Below are positions 50,434-58,937 of a DNA stretch of 64,000 nt, one piece after another. The notes below the pieces were generated by a model. That model was not told the origin of the DNA. It was given only the letters and a program-made list of their open reading frames with translations, and ran no database searches. Source of the stretch: Gammaproteobacteria bacterium (lineage in GTDB: Bacteria; Pseudomonadota; Gammaproteobacteria; Nevskiales; Nevskiaceae); assembly GCA_026398875.1 (NCBI GenBank), contig JAPLSB010000008.1:37986-101985 (forward strand), in the 5' to 3' direction. Position 1 is the first letter of the stretch, and every line of letters starts with the position of its first letter. The position numbers and the translations under genes are program-made.

Positions 50434-52064
50434 AGGACCGCTGGCCTCGTCAATGCCGATCGCTTGCCGCCGGGCTGTTGCTCGCGGCGGCGTTCTGCGC
50501 CATGCCGTCGCGCGCGCAGGATGCGGTCGACGAGGCACTGCTGGCGAAATCGCTGAACGATGAATCGTTCGGCAATGACAGCGCGGAGAAAGGCAACTCT
50601 GCAGTCGTGCCGCAGACCGAAGCAGAGATCCGCAACGGCTACACGCTGAATGCGGCCGAGCCCGACAGCATTCCGGCGTTCGTCGCGCCGAAGCTGCCGT
50701 CGCTGGCCGACTACAGTTACGAAGCCGTACGCCAGAAGCTGGTCAAGCAAGGCACCGCCAGGATCGTCATCGGATCCTTGCTGAACGAACCCGGCTTTCG
50801 TCCGCTGACGTCAAACGCATCCGTCGGCCTAGCCGAGTTCTCGAAGCGTCAGGGCAACGGTGTCCGTGCCATTTACGTCGACAGCGGCGTCGCCACACTG
50901 AAAGACCTAGCCAAGGCCGTGCCGAGCGGTGACTTTGCCGAGGTGCAGCCCGGCGTGTTCATCGCACGCCTGCCGATCCTCGTGCGCCACGGCGCCACGC
51001 TCAACCTCACTGGTGCCGTGAAGGAGTTGCGTCTGTCGGCCGAGCGCGGAGCCGTGCTGGTGGTCGAAGGTCAGCTGAACGCCGTCGACAGCGCGATCGT
51101 CGGCTGGAGCGAAACCGCCGGGACTGCGGCCAAGCTCGGCAGCGTGGCGACGTTCCGCCCGTTCATCGTCTGCTGGGGTGGCGCGCAGTTCAATGCCGCG
51201 CGCATGCGCTTTGCGAACCTGGGCTACCCGGCGATCAAGGCCTATGGCCTGACCTTCAGCCATTACAGCGACGTGCAGCTGCAGGCGCAGATCTGGCCAC
51301 GGCCGATCGCGATGGTCACCGAGTCGACGCTCGAAGACCTCTGGTACGGCGTCTACTCATGGAAAGCCGGAAAGGTGGTCCTGAATGCCAACACCATCCG
51401 CAACAACCAGATCTACGGCGTCAACATCCGCGACCGCTCGACCGGGGTGATCCTGGCGAACAATGAAATCACCGGGACGCGCGTCAAGTACGGAATCTTC
51501 ATTGCCAACGATGTGGTGGGCAGCTGGATCATCGGCAACAAGGTCAGCGGCAACAAGCGCTCCGGCATCGTGCTCGACCGGCGCAGCCAGAAGGCCGTCG
51601 TGTCCGGCAACGTGTCGGCCAAGAACGGGACCGATGGCATCGTCGTCTCCGAGAGTTCCGACGTGCTGGTCTGGGACAACGTATTGTCGGGTAACCAGAA
51701 TCACGGCATCCGGGTGCGCAACAGCGTTGGCGCCCGGATTCAGGACAATACGTCGCTGGCCAACGGTCTGAGTGGGCTCTACGGTGGCGTCGTCGACGCC
51801 CGCACGGCCGGCAAGCGCGGCGCGGCGAGTGCCGGCAGCGGCAAGCGTCTGGAGATGACGGTGGTCGGTGGTGCCTATACCTCCAACGGCGCCGGCCCGT
51901 TCGGCCTCGATTACCCGACCACGGTCGCTTACTACAACATCGATCTGCGTACTCCTCAGCGTGCGCTCGGCTACCGCCTCGGCGGCACGCTGCTGCCGCT
52001 GCAGATCCCGTTTCTGGACATCCTGATGGCGCAGTCGAAAGTTGCAGTGCTGCAGGCGAAGTAA
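50421..52064 (+). CDS. algG: AlgG-like periplasmic right-handed beta-helix protein (mannuronan C5-epimerase homolog with a divergent active-site motif)
   Basis: 547 aa with a signal peptide. Parallel beta-helix repeats (NNEITGT..GIFIAN..GNKVSGNKRSGIVLDR..GNVSAKNGTDGIVV..DNVLSGNQNHGIRVRNS) are collinear with Pseudomonas AlgG. The GTG start overlaps algE by 13 nt. Confidence 0.85.
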   Translation: MGVLKDRWPRQCRSLAAGLLLAAAFCAMPSRAQDAVDEALLAKSLNDESFGNDSAEKGNSAVVPQTEAEIRNGYTLNAAEPDSIPAFVAPKLPSLADYSYEAVRQKLVKQGTARIVIGSLLNEPGFRPLTSNASVGLAEFSKRQGNGVRAIYVDSGVATLKDLAKAVPSGDFAEVQPGVFIARLPILVRHGATLNLTGAVKELRLSAERGAVLVVEGQLNAVDSAIVGWSETAGTAAKLGSVATFRPFIVCWGGAQFNAARMRFANLGYPAIKAYGLTFSHYSDVQLQAQIWPRPIAMVTESTLEDLWYGVYSWKAGKVVLNANTIRNNQIYGVNIRDRSTGVILANNEITGTRVKYGIFIANDVVGSWIIGNKVSGNKRSGIVLDRRSQKAVVSGNVSAKNGTDGIVVSESSDVLVWDNVLSGNQNHGIRVRNSVGARIQDNTSLANGLSGLYGGVVDARTAGKRGAASAGSGKRLEMTVVGGAYTSNGAGPFGLDYPTTVAYYNIDLRTPQRALGYRLGGTLLPLQIPFLDILMAQSKVAVLQAK

Positions 52065-52124
52065 TCGATCAACACCGTTGTTCAAGATCCAACCGTCCCC
52101 TCCAAGGGACTCGCGAGGCAAACG

Positions 52125-52748
52125 ATGAACAGTTTGAAGAAACTCCTGACGCTGATGGCCGTCACTCTGGTGGCGTTGATTCCGATGCAGGCAGCGGCGC
52201 AGCTGTACACCAAGGGCGCACCGCCGGGATCGGCCTTCATTCGCGTGCTCAACGGTACTGCCGCGCAGAGTCCGCCGGGCTTCATCGGCGAAACCCCGCA
52301 GCCGGCGCTCGCCGCGTTCACGGCAGGGCAGTTCACGTTCCTGCCGCCGGGCGAATACCCGGTGCAGATCGGCAGCCGCAAGGAAACCTTCAAGCTTGCC
52401 GCCGATCGCTTCTACAGCGTTGCCTATCTGTCGAACGGGCTGAAGAGCTTCGAGCTGGAAGGCTTCAAGAGCCAGCTGAAGGCCATGATCGTGATGATGA
52501 ACCTGCTGCCCGAGCAGACGCTGTCGCTGAAGACCGCCGATGGCAAGGTCACCGTGCTCGACGCGGTGGCGCCGTTCAAGGCGGGCCAGCGTGAAATCAA
52601 TCCGCTGTCGGTGTCGCTGGCCATCTTCGATGGCGACCGCAAGATTGCCGACGTGCCGGCCACGGTCTTCGAGCGTGGCAAGGCCTCCAGCCTGATCGTC
52701 GGTGGGTCGGCCGCGGTGCCGATCCTGACCTGGGACGAGCAGAAGTAA
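52125..52748 (+). CDS. algF: Alginate O-acetylation protein AlgF
   Basis: 207 aa with a signal peptide. LYTKGAPPGSAFIRVLNG...FLPPGEYPVQIG...LSLKTADGKVTVLDAVAPFKAGQREINPLSVSLAIFDG parallels Pseudomonas AlgF. Confidence 0.85.
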   Translation: MNSLKKLLTLMAVTLVALIPMQAAAQLYTKGAPPGSAFIRVLNGTAAQSPPGFIGETPQPALAAFTAGQFTFLPPGEYPVQIGSRKETFKLAADRFYSVAYLSNGLKSFELEGFKSQLKAMIVMMNLLPEQTLSLKTADGKVTVLDAVAPFKAGQREINPLSVSLAIFDGDRKIADVPATVFERGKASSLIVGGSAAVPILTWDEQK

Positions 52749-52781
52749 GCCAACCTCATCCGGACCAGAGCGCGGTTGATC

Positions 52782-54182
52782 ATGATCATTCCTCGGACCC
52801 AGGGCATCGCCGGCGTCTTGCTGGCGACGGCCGCGGCCGTCGCCACGACACCGGCGCGTGCTGCAGAGGCGGCTCAGCCGGCAACCCCGGTCTACCCGGC
52901 CGAAACCTGCTGTTCCGTGTGTCCGAAGGTCTATGACCGTGATGCGTACATCAGCGAGTACATGCGCGGCTACCGCATCATCGTCGAGGGCACGGACGGT
53001 TGGCTGTTCCGATCGGAAGCCGAACTGCAATGGGTTGAACCGGCCGACGACACGATCTGGCCGCAGCTGCGTCGCCTTGCCGACGCGCTGAAGGCGCGCG
53101 GCACGCAGGTGGTGATGTATCCGCAGCCACCGCGCGGTTTGATCGAAGCCAACAACCTCAACCCGGAAGATCTGAAGCAGTTCGATATCGACCTGCTGCA
53201 GAAGCGTTACAGCGACCTCGTGGCCAAGCTTCGCGGCCTCGGCTTCATCGTCGTTGATGCGTCCGTGTTCAGCCGCCACAGCGGCGATCCGTACTTCTTC
53301 AAGCGCGATGGTCACTGGAGCCCGGCCGGTGCGCGTGAAGCGGCGGCGGTGATCGCCAAGCAGATCAAGGAATCCGGATTCGAATTGCCGCCGGTGGCTT
53401 TTCAGACCAAGCAGATCGGGGTCGCCGGCGCGCGAGGCACGCTGTCGTTCGTCATCAACAGCCTGTGCGGCCTGAAGTACCCGATGGAGTTCAAGCCGGC
53501 ATTCCGGACCACGGCGCCGGCGTCTGACGACCTGTTCGGTGACGCCGAAGCGCCGCAGGCAGCGCTGATCGGCACCAGCTTTTCGGCAACGCCGAACTAC
53601 AATTTTTACGGCTTCCTGCGCGAGGACCTGCAGGCGGACGTGCTGCAGGCAGCGTTTCCAGGCGGTGGCTTCGATGGCGCACTGACCCAGTTCCTGGCCT
53701 CCGATCTGTTCCAGAAGTCGCCGCCGAAAGTGCTGATCTGGGAGTTCCCGTACCAGCAGCTGCATCGCACCGATACCGCCGTGATGCGCCGCATGCTGCC
53801 GCTGGTCAACAACGGCTGCACCGGCAAGGAAGCGCTGCTTACCGGCAAGACCACGCTGAAGACGGGCGGTCAGTTCGCGGAAGTGCTCGTCAACGGTGGC
53901 AAGTCCTTCAATTCGGTACCGGCCAAGGATGTCTGGCTGGAGCTGCAGTTCTCCGATCCGAACATCCGTTCGGTCAGTGCGGAAGTCTGGTACGGCAACG
54001 GCAAGGTCCAGACGATCAACAGCGAATACAACGTCTATACGAAAATGAGTGGCCGGTACGTGTTCGAGACGAACTATCTGCCGGACACCGAGGTCGAGCC
54101 GATCGTGTCGGTACGCGTCAAGAGCGTGACCGAAACCTCGGACAAGACGACCGTGACCGGCACCGTATGCAAGCGCGTCTGA
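52782..54182 (+). CDS. algX: Alginate O-acetyltransferase AlgX (SGNH-like domain plus C-terminal carbohydrate-binding module)
   Basis: FFKRDGHWSPAGA (D-x-H), LIGTSFS (Ser), KVLIWEFPYQQL and LPLVNNGCTGK are collinear with Pseudomonas AlgX. The start could be the TTG at 52776 or the ATG at 52782. Confidence 0.88.
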   Translation: MIIPRTQGIAGVLLATAAAVATTPARAAEAAQPATPVYPAETCCSVCPKVYDRDAYISEYMRGYRIIVEGTDGWLFRSEAELQWVEPADDTIWPQLRRLADALKARGTQVVMYPQPPRGLIEANNLNPEDLKQFDIDLLQKRYSDLVAKLRGLGFIVVDASVFSRHSGDPYFFKRDGHWSPAGAREAAAVIAKQIKESGFELPPVAFQTKQIGVAGARGTLSFVINSLCGLKYPMEFKPAFRTTAPASDDLFGDAEAPQAALIGTSFSATPNYNFYGFLREDLQADVLQAAFPGGGFDGALTQFLASDLFQKSPPKVLIWEFPYQQLHRTDTAVMRRMLPLVNNGCTGKEALLTGKTTLKTGGQFAEVLVNGGKSFNSVPAKDVWLELQFSDPNIRSVSAEVWYGNGKVQTINSEYNVYTKMSGRYVFETNYLPDTEVEPIVSVRVKSVTETSDKTTVTGTVCKRV

Positions 54183-54186
54183 TGCC

Positions 54187-55350
54187 ATGAATTACGGCCG
54201 CCTGACTATTGCCGGCTTCGCGATCACGATCGCGGCAACCACCGCTTGTCGCTCTGATCAGCGGCCGACCGAGCCGCTGCCTGCTACAGCGTCCAGCCCG
54301 GCTGCGTCGGGATCGGCTTCCGATGCGCGCCTGCGGGCGCCGGGTCAGTTTGCGATGGCGCCGGTCGGCAGCAAGAAGCGCGGTGGCGGCGATTGCGACG
54401 CCTCACTGCGTCCGTTCACGTCCGCGCTCGATTTCCCCAGCAAGTACGAAGGCTCGGGCAAGTCGCGAGACACGCTGAATACGGATGCCGATCGCCGCTA
54501 CAAGGCTGCAATGGCGGACTTGTCGACGCTCGAGACGACATCAGTCAAGGTGGTCGGACGCTACCTGCAGAACGGCGATGCCGCAGGCCTCGCCTGCATC
54601 GTCAAGGTTCTCGACAACTGGGCGCAGGTCGACGCCCTGCTGGGCCCCGCGCCGGAACACACCGGCCGGGCCGTCCGCAAATGGGTGCTCGCCAGCATCA
54701 GTGCGGCGTACCTGCGTCTGAAGCTTTCGCCGACCGCGCCGCTGGCAGAATTTGCCGACCAGGAAAAGCACATCGACGCCTGGCTGAGAAAACTGGGCAA
54801 CCGCGTGGTTGCCGAGTGGCCGACGGATGTCCCGCTGAACAAGGTCAACAACCATTACTACTGGACGGCCTGGGCATTGGTCGCCACCGGCACGGCACTC
54901 AACGATCGCGCGCTGTTCGAGTACGGGCTGCGCATCTACCGGATATTCGAATCGCAGGTCGGCAACGACGGGGTGCTGCAGAACGAGTTGAACCGGAAGT
55001 CGCGCGCCCTGGAGTACCACGTCTACGCCCTCGGTCCGCTGGCGCTGGTCGCGGCATTCGCGAATGCCAATAGCTATCCGGTCGACGTCTCGCCGACCGC
55101 GCCGCTGTCGCGGCTGGCGGCACTATCGTTCTCCAGTCTTGGCAATCCGGACATCCTCGCCGGCCGCGCCGGCGCGCGACAGGAAACCTTTGACAGCGCC
55201 GCCACCAACTATGCGTGGATGGAACCGTATTGCTACGTCGCGCAATGTCCCGACGCGATGCAGCAGCAGCTGGCCAGCGTCCGGCCGCTCAGCAGCACGC
55301 GCATGGGCGGGAACCTGACCCAGATCTTCGACCGGCGCACGACACCGTGA
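54187..55350 (+). CDS. algL: Alginate lyase AlgL (PL5 family)
   Basis: NNHYYWTAWAL (PL5 NNHSYW motif), LQNELNRKSRALEYHVYALGPL, YAWMEPYC. 387 aa with an N-terminal signal/lipoprotein-like region. Confidence 0.9.
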   Translation: MNYGRLTIAGFAITIAATTACRSDQRPTEPLPATASSPAASGSASDARLRAPGQFAMAPVGSKKRGGGDCDASLRPFTSALDFPSKYEGSGKSRDTLNTDADRRYKAAMADLSTLETTSVKVVGRYLQNGDAAGLACIVKVLDNWAQVDALLGPAPEHTGRAVRKWVLASISAAYLRLKLSPTAPLAEFADQEKHIDAWLRKLGNRVVAEWPTDVPLNKVNNHYYWTAWALVATGTALNDRALFEYGLRIYRIFESQVGNDGVLQNELNRKSRALEYHVYALGPLALVAAFANANSYPVDVSPTAPLSRLAALSFSSLGNPDILAGRAGARQETFDSAATNYAWMEPYCYVAQCPDAMQQQLASVRPLSSTRMGGNLTQIFDRRTTP

Positions 55351-56228
55351 ACAGAACACTTTTTGCGCTTGGGCTCATCGGTCTGCTGGCCGCGCGACCT
55401 GCGCTGGCGGACAACCAGGCCGATGCACTGCGTTACGTCGCCATCTGCCAGAACGAGATCAAGCGCGCCGCGGATCTGCTGAACGCCGCGAAGATCTGCA
55501 AGGAATCGACCGAAAACATTCGCGTGCTGGTCGGCGAATCCCCGCTGTACGTCGGCAACCTGATCACCGAAGCGGACAACAAGGTCGCGCTCGGCAACTA
55601 CCCCGCAGCGTTCGATCTGTACTCGCTTGCCGCCAATGCCGCGGACCATCTCGGTGATGCCGCGAAGGTTCGTGCCTTGCGCATTCGTCAGGCCGACGTC
55701 CAACTGTCTCGCGGCAAACCGTTCCACGCCGAAATCCTGTTGCGCGATGCATTGACGCGGCTTCGAGCGCTCCCGCGCAGCCGAGAACTGGCGACCGAAG
55801 AAGCCGACCTGCTCAGCCGTCATGCCGCAACGCTGACCGCGCTCGATCAGCTGCCGGCTGCCATTGCAGAGTTTCAGGAAGCCTTGGCCCGTCTGGAACT
55901 GGCACCTCCTTCGGCGCGACCGGTGGCCATGGCCGTGTGGTCGCGTTACGGCGACGCACTGGAGCGGCGCAATCGCTACGGAGATGCCCTCGAAGCCTAT
56001 CGGCGCGTGCTGACACTGGCGCGGATCAACCCGGTGGATCACGTTCAGTCGAGCTACGCCTACCAGCAGATCGGGTGGATGCATGAGCTGATGCACAACC
56101 CGAACGACGCAATCGCGACCTACCGGAAGCAGTTGCAGGTGCTGAAAAAGCTTCCCGAGCAGCAAGCCGTCGCCACCGAGATCACGCGTCGACTCGCGGC
56201 TCTGGGTGCTGCGCCGGAACCAGGCTGA
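55347..56228 (+). CDS. Secreted TPR-like repeat protein (an extra gene, not part of the canonical alg operon)
   Basis: A GTG at 55347 overlaps the algL TGA (GTGA). Signal peptide (V)NRTLFALGLIGLLAARPALA|DN. Repeated A-x-x-x-Y/F-x-x-A-L helical-hairpin motifs (GNYPAAFDLYSLAA, LPAAIAEFQEALARL, YGDALEAYRRVLTLA, PNDAIATYRKQLQVL). Confidence 0.65.
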   Translation: MNRTLFALGLIGLLAARPALADNQADALRYVAICQNEIKRAADLLNAAKICKESTENIRVLVGESPLYVGNLITEADNKVALGNYPAAFDLYSLAANAADHLGDAAKVRALRIRQADVQLSRGKPFHAEILLRDALTRLRALPRSRELATEEADLLSRHAATLTALDQLPAAIAEFQEALARLELAPPSARPVAMAVWSRYGDALERRNRYGDALEAYRRVLTLARINPVDHVQSSYAYQQIGWMHELMHNPNDAIATYRKQLQVLKKLPEQQAVATEITRRLAALGAAPEPG

Positions 56229-56285
56229 GCGCGCAGCGCGCGGAATACACAGACATAGCAGTCGAACGGCAACAGGATCGAATCA

Positions 56286-57449
56286 ATGACGGACAAGAGT
56301 GCACCCGGCGCGGCATCGGGGACGGGTATGAAGGGCGGCTACGCAATCGTCGGCATCGTCTTTGCGCTGGTCGTCGGCGCACTGTCTCTGTCGAGCGTGA
56401 AGGCAGTCGCAACTTATCGCGCGCCACCGGTGACGGTGCTTGACGGCGCGCTGGTCCGCAACTTCGAACAGCACTTCGACAAGGAGTTCCCGCTGCGCAC
56501 CGCCAGCGTGAACTTCTGGACGGCGCTGCAGCTCGTGCTGTTCCGTGAGGGCAAGATCGGCGTGCTGCTCGGTCAGGACGGCTGGCTGTACTCGAACGAA
56601 GAGTTCCATGTGCTGCCGCGCTGGGAGCAGATCATCGAGCAGAACCTCGAAGTGATCCGCTGGACCCAGACCACATTGTCGGAGGCCGGGATTCCGCTGG
56701 TGGTGGTCGTGGTGCCCGAAAAGGCGCACATCTATCCGGAGCATGTCGGTGACCATCGCCAGGCGACGGCGCATGGGCAAGTGATGGCGCGGCTGCGCTC
56801 GGCGATCAGCGAGCAGACCACGCTGATCACGCTCAACGAGACCTACGCTGCCGCCAAGGCCACGCAGCCGCTGTTCTTTCACACCGACACCCACTGGACG
56901 CCGACTGGCGCACGAATCGCGGCACGCGCGGTGACCGATGCGATGAAGGCCAAGGGCCTCGCAACCAAGGTCGATCAGCCGGCGGCGTTCTCGACCACCG
57001 AGCAGCCAGAAACGAGCTTCGCCGGCGATCTGCTGTCGTTCCTGCCGCTGGAGCCGATGTTCCCGAGCCTGATGCCGAAGGCGGATACCTACATTCCGGT
57101 GGCCACCAAGGCCATCGAGAAAGAGGCCAGTGCCGATGCGCTGCTGGGTGACGAGTCGGTGCCGGAAGTGGCCGTCGTCGGCACCAGCTACACCGCCAAC
57201 GATCGCTGGAACTTCCAGGGCTACCTGAGCGAGTTCCTGAACGAACCACTGGCCGACTATTCGAAGGAAGGCATCGGCCCGTTCCCGCCGATGGCGCAGT
57301 TCCTGACCGGTCCGGACTACGCCAGCCACAAGCCGCGCGTGGTGATCTGGGAGATTCCGGAGCGTTCTCTGCTGGGCAAGGCCGCACTGGCGGGTATCCC
57401 GCTGCCGGAATCGCTGAACACCAAGCTGGCCTCGATCAAGCCGAGATAA
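56286..57449 (+). CDS. algJ: Alginate O-acetyltransferase AlgJ (membrane-anchored AlgX/AlgJ SGNH-like family)
   Basis: N-terminal anchor YAIVGIVFALVVGALSL. GQDGWLY, VVVVVPEK, FFHTDTHWTPTGA (D-x-H), VVGTSYT (Ser). 387 aa. Confidence 0.85.
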   Translation: MTDKSAPGAASGTGMKGGYAIVGIVFALVVGALSLSSVKAVATYRAPPVTVLDGALVRNFEQHFDKEFPLRTASVNFWTALQLVLFREGKIGVLLGQDGWLYSNEEFHVLPRWEQIIEQNLEVIRWTQTTLSEAGIPLVVVVVPEKAHIYPEHVGDHRQATAHGQVMARLRSAISEQTTLITLNETYAAAKATQPLFFHTDTHWTPTGARIAARAVTDAMKAKGLATKVDQPAAFSTTEQPETSFAGDLLSFLPLEPMFPSLMPKADTYIPVATKAIEKEASADALLGDESVPEVAVVGTSYTANDRWNFQGYLSEFLNEPLADYSKEGIGPFPPMAQFLTGPDYASHKPRVVIWEIPERSLLGKAALAGIPLPESLNTKLASIKPR

Positions 57450-57453
57450 GCGC

Positions 57454-58884
57454 GTGGTCTTTTCATCAAACGCGTTCCTGCTGCTGTTCCTGCCGCTGTT
57501 CCTGCTGCTGTATTACCTGACCCCGAACACCCGCCGGCTGCGGAACTATGTGGTTCTGGCCGCCAGCTACGTGTTCTACGGCTGGTGGCGGCCGGACTTC
57601 CTGTCATTGCTGATCTCGGTCACGCTGTTCAACTTCGTGATCGGCCGGCAGATCGGCATTGCCGGCGCGCGGACCAGCGAAGCACGGCGCTGGATGCGGC
57701 TCGGCGTGGCTGTCGATCTCGCTGTGCTCGGCTACTTCAAGTACCGCGACTTCGGCATCGAAAGCTTCAACTCGATCATCCAGGCCACCGGGTTCGAGCC
57801 GTTCACGCTGTCGGAACTGCTGCTGCCGATCGGCATCTCGTTCTACATCTTCGAATCGATCAGTTACATCATCGATGTCTACCGCGGCAGCGTGAAGCCG
57901 ACGCGGCATCTCGCCGATTTCGCGACGTTCATCACGATGTTCCCGCATCTGATCGTCGGCCCGCTGTTCCGTTACAAGGAAATGGCCGCACAGCTGGAAC
58001 ACCGCGTCCACTCGATGGACATGTTCGGGCGCGGCGCCGTGCGCTTCATGCAGGGCTTCGTCAAGAAAGTCGTCATCGCCGACACGCTGGCGCCGATGGT
58101 CAACTACTGCTTCGCGCTGCCCGATCCGAGCACGGCTGACGTCTGGATCGGCGTGCTTGCCTATGGCGTGCAGCTGTACTTCGATTTCTCCGGCTACAGC
58201 GACATGGCGATCGGCCTTGGCCTGATGATGGGCTTCAAGTTCGTCGAGAACTTCAACAAGCCGTTCATCAGCCAGAGCGTCACCGAATTCTGGCGCCGCT
58301 GGCACATCAGCCTCAGCAACTGGCTGCGCGACTACGTGTTCTATTCGCTCGGCGGAACTGCCCGCAAGACGCGCATGCGGCTGCATTACATGACGTTCAT
58401 GACGTTTCTGATCGGCGGCATCTGGCACGGCGCGAACTGGACGTTCGTGCTCTGGGGCGCGTTGCAGGGAGGGCTGCTGCTGTTCGAACGGATGTTGGGC
58501 GTGAACGGCAATCCGACACGCTTCAAGTTTCAGCACTGGGCACTGACATTCATCGTTGCGGTTGCCATGAGCATGGTGCTGTTCCGCGCTGACAACGTGT
58601 CGCGCGCAGCCGAAATGTACAAGTCGATGCTGTTCTTCCAGAACGTCGGCTGGATCAGCGAGCCGTTCGCCGGCGCCATCAGCACCATGCAGATCGCCAC
58701 CCTGATCCTGGCCTACGGGCTGGTGATCTTCGAGGGCCTGCGCGAGTACGGCCCCAAGATCCAGCTCGGCAGCGAGCGGGTTCGGGTGGTGTCGTCGGTG
58801 CTGCTGCTGACGCCGCTGTTCTTTCTCGCGATCACAAAGTTGTCGGCTCAAGGCTACTCGGCGTTCCTGTACTTCCAGTTCTGA
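57454..58884 (+). CDS. algI: Alginate O-acetylase AlgI (MBOAT), copy 1
   Basis: 476 aa, GTG start. FLLLFLPLF..., GISFYIFESISYIIDVYRG, FWRRWHISLSNWLRDYVF (MBOAT His). Confidence 0.93.
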   Translation: MVFSSNAFLLLFLPLFLLLYYLTPNTRRLRNYVVLAASYVFYGWWRPDFLSLLISVTLFNFVIGRQIGIAGARTSEARRWMRLGVAVDLAVLGYFKYRDFGIESFNSIIQATGFEPFTLSELLLPIGISFYIFESISYIIDVYRGSVKPTRHLADFATFITMFPHLIVGPLFRYKEMAAQLEHRVHSMDMFGRGAVRFMQGFVKKVVIADTLAPMVNYCFALPDPSTADVWIGVLAYGVQLYFDFSGYSDMAIGLGLMMGFKFVENFNKPFISQSVTEFWRRWHISLSNWLRDYVFYSLGGTARKTRMRLHYMTFMTFLIGGIWHGANWTFVLWGALQGGLLLFERMLGVNGNPTRFKFQHWALTFIVAVAMSMVLFRADNVSRAAEMYKSMLFFQNVGWISEPFAGAISTMQIATLILAYGLVIFEGLREYGPKIQLGSERVRVVSSVLLLTPLFFLAITKLSAQGYSAFLYFQF

Positions 58885-58937
58885 CAGGCACCGCCCTTTC
58901 CTTGAGCCCAATAAAAATGAATCCCTGGTAAGCCCCC

